From: Octopus sinensis
Taxonomy: Eukaryota
Assembly: GCF_006345805.1 (NCBI RefSeq)
Contig: NW_021825323.1
Span: 248,001 to 312,000, forward strand
Direction: 5' to 3'
DNA: 64,000 nt
Every line of letters starts with the position of its first letter. The first letter of the stretch is position 1. Below are positions 1 to 11,470 of the stretch, piece after piece. A program made the translations under genes and the position numbers. The notes beneath the pieces were generated by a model, which saw nothing but the letters and a program-made list of their open reading frames with translations, was not told the origin of the DNA and did no database searches.

Positions 1-780
1 AATTGCGTCACAGAAACCAATTTTTTCTATATCTTCATCATTTTTATTCTCTTGATCCTTATCTTCATAGGTTTCAATTGTTCCCAAAAATTCTTCATCA
101 TTGTTGTTGCAAATTTTCTGAGTACAATTTTCATTATCATCTGAAACCGGAGAGTCCTCCTTAATTGTAGGATCATCTGAAGTGTCTTGCTTTGTCCAAT
201 GTTTAATTTTTTCAAAGCAAACCTTTCCCAATGCTCTTACTTCGGATTGTAGTGTCTACGTCTTATGATGCGGTTTCGTCACAATTTAACTTTGAGGTCA
301 TAAGATGACATTTTCGATAAAACTTCTGCATGGCTTCACACAAAAATACAGGATTGATTAATTGCTCATTTCCTGATATACTACGAGATTTTATTCCATA
401 TTTATTCTTAAAAGAAGTAATCCATGTACTTAAAGCTTTAAAATTCGAAAATGAAATTTTTTTTGCAATTTTATTGTCATTTATTGTAGCATTCCATTTG
501 TAATGGTATCGCCGAATAATCCTTTATTCTAAATCCATTCATAAAGTGGCATATGAATTAAGGAAAACTTTGAGGAATTTTGTTAGAATTCTTATTTTCA
601 AAATAGAATTCATGGCTTAGGTTTTTGTTTATTGTTCCTATTGGCATGTTGATACTTTACTCAATTGAGACTGTGTATTATTTAAAAAATTTTTTATAGT
701 TAAAAACTTCAAGATTTCTTTGAAAACTATATGTTTTCAAATATTTTTTGCGTTATTCTTGCGTGCACACATGAGTCAAA
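1..780 (-). mobile_element. Degraded pogo/Tigger-like transposase remnant
   Basis: Minus-strand translation gives NCDETA-like motif (~270-290), CENP-B-type segments and an acidic C-terminal tail, with many stops. Confidence 0.55.
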
Positions 781-1124
781 ATTCAAAAAATTGTTTCCAT
801 TAAATATTGATTTTCTTGGGATTTTATGTAATCTATAGAAAAATTTTCTTTAATCCAAATTAACGAAAATTATAACCAAAGAGAACATCTTCAGCAATAC
901 AGAACTCATCCTTGAATTCTGAGACTATACGCTTGACTTTCTAAGCAACAAACACTTGGGCTCTGCAATACTCAAAATATTATATATACCGCGCTAAATT
1001 ATTTTATTTATATTAATTTATTATCAATTTATGGGTAACATTAAAAAAAATTTTAATGCAATTTAAATCACCATTAAAAAATAAATAGCATTTAAAATAC
1101 AAAATAGCATTTATAGTTGGAATC

Positions 1125-1216
1125 CGTATGTGATGAGATGGCCATGACGGCGTCACTTGTCAAACCCAATCAAAGGTTCTGGCACAGGCAGCCGCATGGA
1201 GTCGAACCCGGGACCA
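1125..1216 (-). mobile_element. tRNA-derived SINE-like remnant
   Basis: B-box GGTTCGACTCC on minus strand; shares core GGTTTGAYRAGTGAYGCCGTCAT with the copy at 6190. Confidence 0.45.
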
Positions 1217-1664
1217 AATAGGTTCTAATATGTTATCAGTTTTTGGAAATTTTTGTAATTGAACATATCTATTTATGTGTTCATAGGATGTCCTCTGCGT
1301 ACATTCCTATTTAAAATCTATTTTACCAAGGAAGAGTCTGCTAAATCAGTTGTATGAAAAATCCAAAATTATTTTGGGTTGTATCGAAAGCGTAAGCATT
1401 GACGCTTCAAGCATTAACGTTTTCCAAAAATCGAAAGAAAAAAATGAAAATTTTGTGGAAAATGATTCGCATCTGTACAAACTGAAAATTTTTATTAAAA
1501 GTAAATTTATTATCTTATACTTAATTTTACTTGGAAACTATTTGTTTAAATAAAGGTGCGAATTTTTTGTTATTCGATGTCTTCTGTTCGTTTTGGTTGC
1601 TATTTATTAGAAAAAATTATTTATAGTTCAAATTGTTTTAATTGACAGCTTTGCGCCAATAACA

Positions 1665-2990
1665 ATGGAAGATATATTTGAAATCAAATTGTCATTAGAG
1701 AATGTTATCATATTACTGAGTCAAGTTGACTTACTTAGCCACACACCTTTTATTGGTTTAATCAGAGTCAGTAGACCGCCTGAGGAAATAATACTTTATC
1801 ATTTATTAGGTGGTAGTTCCGATTCAAGATTTGAGCAACAAGCCCCAAATTATTATGAAACAATTGGAAAATTTCTTTGAAAGTTTTTGGAAGCCTTCTG
1901 AGCGAGTAGAATCAGTGATTTCTGTCTTGTCTGAAAATTTTTCAGAGAGTGTTAATTTGGTCAATAACTTTATGACGCGCTACTCTAAAGTTATATTTAG
2001 GGCAACCAAAAAATTGCACTTTTTAATAAAAAAAATTGCAAAAATGAATTTTAAAAATTGTAAAAAATTGCAAAAATAATTTTTTTTAATTGTAAACATT
2101 ACATTATGCAAAAAATTAACGAAATTATTTATTGTAATAGGAAATCAAATATTCCTGAACATTTTCAGGTTTAAAGTTCCTCTCTTTACTAAGAATTTTC
2201 GTCAAAAGAGATATTGCCCTATTGCCCCTTCGTCAAAAGAGATATACAACAGTTGAGCAATTGGAGCAAAATAAATTCCCTTCACTGTCAATAACAAACT
2301 CGGGGAATTTCTTTGCATAAAATGAAATTTTCTGTGACACTGTCCTTTTACCCATTACAACACAAACAACTAAAACACGTTTTAATAATCTTTTACTTAT
2401 AATTATATTATTTTTAATAAAAAAATTTTTTTTTTAATTTAAAAAATTGCAAAAAATTGTAAAATGACTACAAAAAATTGCAAAAAATTGCAAATTTAAA
2501 TCGAATAAAAATATAATTAAAATTAATGTCTATTCATTACTTTATTATTTATCGAATTTTAATTAAATTATATTAATTGCAAAAAATTGCAATTGGTTGC
2601 CCTAGTTATATTCTTTGGAAATAATCCACAGCTTAACCTTATGGGGAGAATCCTCATAATAACAGCACAGCCGATTATAGCTCATTAAAATCAATCGACC
2701 GGGCCATTTCAAATATAGATAAGTCTCGTTTGAGAGTTAGTATACACTGTTCAGTGAGATAGGATGTGCACGTGGTCTATTTGCGAAATGATTATCACGA
2801 ACAACAGTTTATTATAGAAAATATCGACATTTTGTCATCAATCCATGTCCTTGCAGGTATTTTTAATTTTAGAGAAAACAGAAAAAATGTCATTGAACTG
2901 TTTTTTTTAAAAATTATTTTGAGTCCACGTCCACAACAAAAGACCAAAATAATATCCCGCTAAATAATGTTGTCATCAACTGTGAAATTC
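1665..2990 (+). CDS. Unassigned multi-exon host gene, interrupted by a hAT MITE, possibly disrupted
   Basis: Exon-like ORFs 1665-1766, 1810-1989 and 2762-2856 with GT-AG micro-introns (e.g. gttagt...gatag); reading frame after the MITE not resolved. Confidence 0.35.
1998..2604 (-). mobile_element. hAT non-autonomous element (internally deleted CGGBP1-like hAT)
   Basis: TIR TAGGGCAACC/GGTTGCCCTA; 8-bp TSD GTTATATT at 1990-1997 and 2605-2612; internal remnant LLTKILSKERNFKPENVQEYL resembles the hAT C-terminus of the elements at 41-46 kb. Confidence 0.85.
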
Positions 2991-4697
2991 AAAAAACTTT
3001 GATTCTTAAAGAAAACCCGTTTTCTCCAGAGACCATAAAAACTCTTCACAGAGTTCCAAGGGATTCTGTCTGTGATTCATTACTATTTGGAACAGTAGCC
3101 ACTTTTATTGCATTCTAGCCCGCCATTCTGCAGCCATCGACCGATTGGCATTTCAACATGGAAGAAATATCGGAAAATCAACGAATCTTTTCGATTTATG
3201 CCAAGAACTGATTTACAGAGTAAATGAATGTGTGAGTCAATTCAACAGAAAGAAGTGATAGTTTGCTGTTGCGATGCCTCCACTATTAAGCTATTCTTAC
3301 TGATTCCCTGTGAAGATAGCGAGACAGATTGCGGAAGGTTTCTCTACTTATTCGACAAGTGGCTACCGGAGACTTGATTTTACCATTTAAAATAAAGAAT
3401 TTGCCTCCAAAAACGCGAATGACACATTTGTCATCGATTCGATCGAATCGGTCTATTATACTTTAATAGTTTTAGTTAAAGAAAATGTCTGTTTTTGATC
3501 CTTTCTGCTTCGAGTCTGGTCTCGTAGATTTTGTAAATTCGTCCTCACATAAAATTCCAGCTAAACGACAAAGAATCATTCGATAAATATTACTGTTTTG
3601 ATTTGTTATTCAAATAGTTTAATGTTGGTTATTCAAACATGATCTACTAGTCGACCGGAGTTGAACAGTTATGCTCTTTTCTGCTTATTTTTCTATTCTG
3701 CATCTGCTAAGTAGGGTCGTTCTTACAAGTCTCGAGGCCAAAAGAGAAAACACAATAGAAGTGATTTAGGTCAGATAAAGAGGTTTTCAAAGTTTTTTAA
3801 AAGTGGGAGTTCACAGTCAGAAGTTTTTTTAAAAAGGGAGAGTTGCATTAAAGAAGATCCTGACTTTTTGATTTGAAAAGTTCGTTATTAACAAATTCTA
3901 ATAAATTGGCACGAACTTCAAACTTTCGTAGAGATAAATCGCATATATTCCAAAAATGCTAGTTTGAAAGAGCAGAGCAACGTTTTCTGTCACACTCAGT
4001 AAAAAAGACATATAAAAATGATAAACCAATGTAAACTGGAAGTAAGCGTTTCACATAATAGATTCATTAATTATAATATAATGTTTTTAGAGAACATAAC
4101 TTAACTTTGTCTGGCAATAATCAAGCATTCGTGGATATTACTGAAAAACTGATATCTTTTCCTAATTAATATAAACTACCACATCTAAATTGAAACTTTT
4201 AAACTCGTATTAGTCCACGTAATGCTTATGCATCATTACTGTACAAACTGAAATTCGTTTGTTTTTCCACGATTACAGACGCCTGTACAGTGTTTGTACA
4301 GATTAGCCAAGTTCTCTCAACAAGGTTTTCTGCTTGTCTGACGGAAAGGTGCGCAGTTAATACAGAATAACTTCAATGCGACAATTCTTACGTCCACTTT
4401 TTCATTCATGCTCAAGATATCTTTTTTTTTCATTGGATATTAATCACTTAAATTCCACACAGTTAGAAAGCATCTTAAGTGTTACAATACCTCTTTCTCA
4501 TCGTAAAAATAATTTACAATTTAATGGATCTAGATTTTCATATTAATAATAATTTTATAAAAATACATACTCCAATTATTTTAAATCATTGTTTTTGTGT
4601 ATTCAATTTAATTTGTGTACAGTCCGACTTTTGTTATTTAACAGATAAAATTATTTGAATGATGCTTAAAATTTCTTCATACCTAAAAATTCAAAAA

Positions 4698-5568
4698 ATG
4701 TATCATCACAACATAGCTGGTTCTATCTTTCGGCAAGTAATTGTTTATTTCATCTAAGCTCTTTGACCGAGTAAGCTGCACTTATACTTACATAATTGGA
4801 GAATTAAAATCACGCCAGGCCATAATAATTGATCCGGTGAAAGACCACGTGGATCGAGATGAATCAATTCTCAGACAACTAAACCTCAACCTAAAATATG
4901 CCAGTTATTTATGTACTGCTATTCTAGTCAACACCCATATCCATGCGGACCACATAACTGGAAGTGGAGTTCTCAAAAAACGCTTTGCTAACTGCAAAAG
5001 TGTCATAAGTGCTTCTACTGAATGCACGGTGGCAGATATATTAGTAACTGATCTGGAAATACTCCATTTTGGAAAAGACCAGCTGAACATTATCTACACT
5101 CCTGGACATACTCGAGGTTGGCCCTTCGGTTAGAGAAATCAAGGATGCATAAGCTTGTTGTGGAAACGAGGAAAGAGTGTATTTACCGGAGACTGTTTAT
5201 TTGTCCGAGGCTGTGGCAGAACTGATTTTCAGGATGGTTGTGTCGTTGTGATTCTGATATAACTAAGGTGATTCCTCAACATTGTATCGCTCTGTGCACG
5301 AACGGTTATTCTCCCTTCCTCGTGATTATTTTGTTTATCCAGCACATGATTACAAGGGTACAAAGCGATTTTGCTGAATGCATAGGGTTTAGCGTTTCTA
5401 CTGTCGGAGAGGAAATTGATTATAATCCTCGTCTTACTCGGTCGTTGGACGAGTTCGTACGTATAATGAAGGAACTTCAACTCGGGTTACCTGATAAAAT
5501 TGGTTGAGTTTTAAATTGTCAAGATAGACGTCGCAGTTCCGGCTAACCTTCTCTGTGGTCTTGATTAA
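4698..5568 (+). CDS. ETHE1: Persulfide dioxygenase (metallo-beta-lactamase fold), 7 exons
   Basis: Splicing GT-AG introns 4737-4758, 4904-4927, 5117-5143, 5237-5267, 5358-5385 and 5503-5527 gives a full ORF with [53 protein letters not shown] and AVPANL.CG. Confidence 0.93.
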
Positions 5569-5689
5569 TTTTTCAATATTAATTTTTAATGACTATTTCT
5601 GTAAAATTATTTGTATTATGATATTATTTTTTACGTTTGTTTATTTTGAACGTATTGGATTTTGGAAAAGCTATGTTTATAATTCTCAT

Positions 5690-7290
5690 CTTATTATAGG
5701 ATCTAGCCTCTCCAAAGGATCTCCATCATTTGCGAAATACATCGAGGATCATGGGGATTATAATTAACTGGTTTACCCTGGTACTTTGGTCATTAATGAA
5801 TGTTTATGTAAATGGTCATTCCTCATCTACATCAAAGGGTCAGACAACATATCTCCTTTTAGCATTCATTGGGATGTCTTCCCGGCAAGCCAGATCCACA
5901 AATTTTCCAATAACGAAGGCGTGATTTTCGATAGGTATCTTCATCATGCTTTAGAATCTTTTTAGCAAAACTGATTGTACAGAAAATGGTTTAAACATAT
6001 AATTTTTGTAGCAATTTGAGACAATTCCATTTTAAGCACGACCAGTAAAATAATCGTAGAAAAGCGAAACCTCATCTCCAAGGAAATCATATTTATAACA
6101 CTTTTCAACTTCGACAGCTATAGAAAATCCTGTAAAGTGATTTCCATTTCAATTGGGATAATTTCATTTTTAATCTTATAAAACTAAAAGGTGGTTAGGC
6201 GTCGGAATAGAGTGACATAGGTCGCTGGTTCGAGTCTGGGTGCTTCCCATCCGGTGGAAGGTTCTTTGCATCTACGATGCTTTTAAAAAGGTTTGATGAG
6301 TGATGCCGTCATCACTGGTCCTCCACTGCGGAGCCGGATTGTCTGAGATTGACCCACAAAGAAAAACAATAGAGATCATTTCCCGGCCCTACCTACGATT
6401 AATTAAAAAATTAACTCTACTTAAAATAAAGTATGTGTTTTGCCCGTGCGGAGCTATAAAATACTATGGCTCTGCGAAAAAGGCTATATTTGATTTATAT
6501 TATTAACAAAAATGTCTAGTTTTTTGAATCTTTCTTTCAGTCATAATCGACGTATCAGGTCTGATTTTGACATTTTATGTTAGCAGTGTCAACTTCCTGT
6601 ATATCCACAATGAGTGGCCACTTTGAATCGCCATTCAAAGAAGATAAATCAACTTTCTGTTCATTTACACATTGGAAGAGTACAGAATGTAGCGATTTAC
6701 TCAAATGCTCATGAGAGTTTAACATTTCTCTTCTATTTATCAACAATTGTATATTTAGAGGCAAGAAATTGTAGCCAAGTGGCATTTGTTTGTTTTTATT
6801 ATAGCCGGAATTCTCAACCTCCGAAAAAATATAACCGACTTTGAAAGAGACAAAACAAGCATTCTCTTCAAAGTCTCTTGATTTAAATACAACACCTCTT
6901 TATTTACAGGTTTGAGATGTATTAGTAAGAAGTTGTACGTCAATATCATCAAATTCATAAGGCTTAATATTAATTAGCCAGATATAATTATATAGGAATG
7001 TTTGATGTTATGATTCACAATTTCACTATCACATCCATCATATAATTGAGAGTCATTTTCAGTTCCATCAAATTTTATTTGCATTACATCTGAAATATGA
7101 GTCTCTAAAAGTTCAGATTGAATGTTTTGATTAATTTAGAAATCATTAATTCTTAATTCTGAAAAGTTCAAAAACCAGACGATCGAGTTTCGATGATTGA
7201 TCTGATTCATAGTTTTTGTATAGGACTACGTCAATAATAGGATTTGAATCAAATCCTTGTTTTATTTCCACTTTGATTCTAAAAATTTTA
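5690..7290 (-). CDS. Probable intron-rich host gene of unknown function
   Basis: Several stop-free minus-strand stretches (e.g. 6555-6880, 6975-7135) of coding-like composition; no family recognised and gene model not resolved. Confidence 0.3.
6190..6410 (+). mobile_element. tRNA-derived SINE-like element, 5'-truncated
   Basis: GGTGGTTAG (partial A-box) ... AGGTCGCTGGTTCGAGTC (B-box); no tRNA acceptor stem; core motif shared with 1144-1166. Confidence 0.55.
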
Positions 7291-7869
7291 ATTTATATTT
7301 ATAATTGAAAAATAAAACAAATATTAAATACTACAAAAAATTAACGCTGAAAGGTGGAATGTTATATTCTTATCTTGCCTAAAATTGTCTCGGATATAAT
7401 AACAAAAAATGCTTTTAGCACGCAAAATGGAAAAAAATTGAAGAACGTATTAAAGAAACCATAAAATAAAGAATTTTGAACAAATTATAGATAATGATCT
7501 CAGATTCCGTAAAAGATAAGGACTTTATAGATTTTACGTACTTTGAAAATAAGGAACTTCATGAATTTCCTCAATACAATAATAATGAAAAATAACAATT
7601 TAGACTGCAGAATTACTGGAAATTGGGTGAAAAAAAAATTATCAAAAATCGAGATGCGATAAAAAGTGTTTTCGGCCTCAAAAATATTTTTCAAGTGACG
7701 AAAATTTTGATGTAAATATTGTTCAAAGTTCAATACAAATATTTAAAAAATATGAAGAAACAATCATGAAAAAATCTCGAAATGATCACTTTACTTATAA
7801 TTTTGATTTTAGAAATTTATTTATTAGGACCAAAAACACCGTCATAACCATAATTAATTATTTCAGGTG

Positions 7870-10710
7870 ATTTCAGGCCATTGGCTTCTTTTCGAAGATC
7901 ATTCTGGAAGCAAAAGCAATGGCTATTCCTAAACGTCCACCTCACCACAGGAAATCCGACTCACTCCCCTCCAACAGAAGCCTAAAAAAACGGGCTGAAC
8001 CGCTCCTCCTCTCGGTAAAGGAGGTGGAAGATACCTTGCACTCAACAAAACCTTCTTACTCTCACGGCCCCGACAAAATCCCGGTGATCCTATTAAAAAA
8101 CCTTGGCGTCGAAGGTGTCAGATTCCTAACAGCAATCTTCAACCATTCTATCAACAACAACGTAATTCCTGCATTATGGAAACAGGCCTTAATAAGGCCG
8201 ATACTGAAGCCTGGAAGACCAAGAGGGGACCCGGCATCTTTCAGGCCGATTTCCCTGTTATGCTCGATGTCAAAAATCCTGGAAAGACTGGTTCTTGGCA
8301 GAATAGAAGCTTTCTTACCCGAAAGACATTTAGTCCACGTCTTCGTACCTCCAATCCTTGTCTAACTTCATCTGTACCGGTTTTGCCAGCAAACCGAGGC
8401 ACCAAAAGACAGTGCTCTGCTCCATAAAGCCTTTGACTCCGTCTCGAGGAAGCTCCTCTCAAAGAAGATATTCCAATCCGACTTTTCTCTGAAGCTAAAA
8501 ATATGGATTACCAACTTCCTAAGTGGACGAAGGGGAAGAGTGTGCCTCGGTGGTCTGAAGTCCAAATCTCGTCTTCTACCCAACGGAGTACCTCAGGGAT
8601 CCCCCTTATCCCCGGCCCTCTTCAACCTATTTTTGGAAGACCTCCCTCGACAACAATGACATTGTTCTCTCATACGCGGACGACATTTTACTAGCCTCAC
8701 GGGACCGGGACATCCAGAAGGCCTCTGAAAGGCTCCAAGCTAACTTGGATCGGCTGAACCTATGGCTGACGGACAACCGGCTCGTGGTAAACGCGGCGAA
8801 GTCCGCCACGTCCCTCTTCACCTCGGATAAAAGATTGGGAAAGACATCAGTCGACTTAAAGCTGAATAATACAGTACCGGTCATATGTTTTAGACATTCT
8901 GAAAAAATCCCAGTGTTTGATTTTTCTAAAGAAAAATCTTATTAAAAAATGCTTTTCATTAAGCATTATCCATTTTTTTTAGTTATTTATTTTTTCCCAA
9001 TCTCATCGTCACTGTATTTTCGACATCTTGATCTTTTTATAGATTTGTCGAAACTGGCCCAGTCATATGTTTTAGACATTACGATGCAATCCATCCATCT
9101 GGAATTTTTAAAGTTAAAACGAGTTTTTATTAATTAAAACACAAGTTAGTATTTAGTTACATCTCCTTTTTTCGATATCATCATGTATTCTATTTGGGAT
9201 CGACAAATACAAGTTTTGAATATAATCACTCCCATCTTGTTCATTCATCTTTTGCCATCTCCCATAGTTGCTTAACGTTCTGAGGGTTTCTATTTCTGAT
9301 TTTGCTCTTAAATAATGCCAGCAATTTTCTATTATGTTAAGATCTGGCGATTGTGCAGGCCAATTGTTTAAAATATTCACTCCTTTTTCAAGCAAATAAT
9401 TTTTGTAGACCGTGAAGTATGACATGATGCACCATCTTGTTGGAAAATAAAGTTATCATCATATATCTCAGAAAGCCCTTGTTCCAAGATTCGTTGATAT
9501 TCTACGGAATCTACATTTCCTTCGCACAATATCAAGGCACTTTTTCCATCGTGTCTGATACCGCCCCAAACCATGATTGAAGGTGCGAATTTCTGAGTTT
9601 TCGTTGTGTAGTTCGAATTGAATCTATTTCCAGGAGGTCTCCTTACGAATTCTCGTGCTTTCGAAATTAATTCGATGCGGCACTCGTCAGTAAAAGTGAC
9701 CTTATTCCAATCGAATGAATGTTTCTAGTGCAGAATATTTTTCTCTTCTTGATTTATTAGTTGAAAGTCTAGGTTTTTTGGCTGCTATTCTTACGAAAAG
9801 TTCATTTTTGCGTAAGATTCTTCGTACAGTTTCGACACTGACGGTTTCCGTATTTTAGGTCTTTTCTGATTTCATTCGCTGTTTTTTTGGGAAAACGTCG
9901 AGACTCACGTACAAGATTCCTTTGAGCACGTGCCGAAAGAATACAATTTCTTCCAGATTTTGGTCTGTCGTAAAACCCATTTCCATCCAATACCGTTGGT
10001 AAGTGTGATTTACGGCGCCATCTGGATATTCCAAGTAAAATCGATATTTCCTGTACGGTATGACCATTTTCTCGCATAAAAACAATTCTATGACGCTGTT
10101 CAACAGAAGTCGTGGCATACTGCTTTCAATTAATTTAAAACACGTTTCCGATACGAAAAATAGAAAAAAAGTATAAATTTTATTGAAATATAATGAATTT
10201 AAATAAAATGTCTAAAACATATGACTGGGCCAATTTCGACAAAATCCTTAAACATATGAAGAAGTCGAAGATAAAGCGAAGATAAGATATGAAAATGATA
10301 AATATATAATAATATAGATAATACTTACTAAAAACTTTTATTTATTGGATTTTTCTTTAGAAAAATCAAACTGGGATTTTTTCAGAATGTCTAAAACATA
10401 TGACCGGTACTGTATATCCGTTCCCTTCTGCAGGAGTCAGACGGTCCTAGGGGTAACCCTCGACATGCACCTCTGTTTCTCCCCTCATGTGGACAACCTC
10501 CTTCGTAAATGCGAACAAAAACTGAACATTCTACGAACTCTATCTGGAATTTGGAAAAACGGGTCGCACCCGGTACTGGCGAATATCTACCGCCAGTACT
10601 TCGAACCTTGTGTTGCGTACGCTTGCGGATCATGGGGTCCGCGGCTATCGTGGTCCAACAGGAGGCGAATCGAGGAGGCCCAACAAAGGGCCCTCAGATT
10701 AACCGATCGT
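7870..10710 (+). mobile_element. Non-LTR (I/Jockey-like) RT pseudogene split by a Tc1 insertion
   Basis: GPDKIP, FRPISLL, KAFD, GVPQGS (frameshifted) and YADD before 8871; thumb region VLGVTLD resumes after 10414. Confidence 0.85.
8872..10412 (-). mobile_element. Tc1-like transposon with IR-DR-type ends, frameshifted transposase
   Basis: TIR CAGTACCGGTCATATGTTTTAGACATTCTGAAAAAATCCCAGT at both ends; TA TSD; inner repeat CAGTCATATGTTTTAGACATT; MVWGG, QQDGA and WPAQSPDLNIIE motifs. Confidence 0.92.
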
Positions 10711-11160
10711 TGGTCACTTGATAGCCAACGTTCCGGTCCAGCCTCTCTGGAAGACCTCATCAAGCTGAATATCGACAAATTCCCCAATCTTTTGTTATTT
10801 GTGAAAAAGGTTAACTCAGACTTTTCCGGGCTTGCTTTCAACAGATTGGCATTGAACCATATACACAGGTTATTTATAATTTTCTGTAATCTTCTTGTAG
10901 CTTCGCTGACACATATATCCCTCGATGCAACGATTATATCATCCGCATATGATAGTAAAATGTCATTCTTGTTTTCAGGAAGAGGCATATCGTTCAACAT
11001 TAGGTTGAATAATACGGGGAATAGGGGGAACCTTGTGGCACTCCATTCGGTAGTAGCCTCAATGCAGACTTTCGATTGCCCTTGTAAACTCCAGAAAATT
11101 GGCAAGCCATGGTTTTAAATTTGGTTCCATATTCAACGAGTAAATTTTCTGCATAAGAAT
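10710..11160 (-). mobile_element. Non-LTR RT fragment in opposite orientation
   Basis: WLANFL, NGVPQG (frameshifted), PVLFNL, LSYADD and SPEKS motifs. Confidence 0.8.
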
Positions 11161-11470
11161 TAAATACTTCAAATAGTTATTTAAATTTTCATAGTCATTT
11201 CAATGAATTGTTAAAAATTGTAGAAATTTTTCTTCAATAAAAGATACGATATTGATTATTTCTCTAACTTGCCAAATTCTCCTAGTCGCCAATTTTGGCT
11301 TGGTCCCAAAAATGCTGAACAATGAAGGGAAAACTGTATATTGATATAATTAAAATATAAATAAAATGTTATAATTTTATGGCATACCTACAATAATAGT
11401 ATTTATTTAAAGAGCGAAAATTTTCAAGTTTGTTTTGTTGTTTTGAAATTTGGTTTGTTCTAAAGCGCTG

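Noticed and set aside
10345-11118. 257-aa ORF as a novel gene
   Set aside because: Chance read-through of a Tc1 TIR, a plus-strand RT thumb and the antisense of another RT fragment
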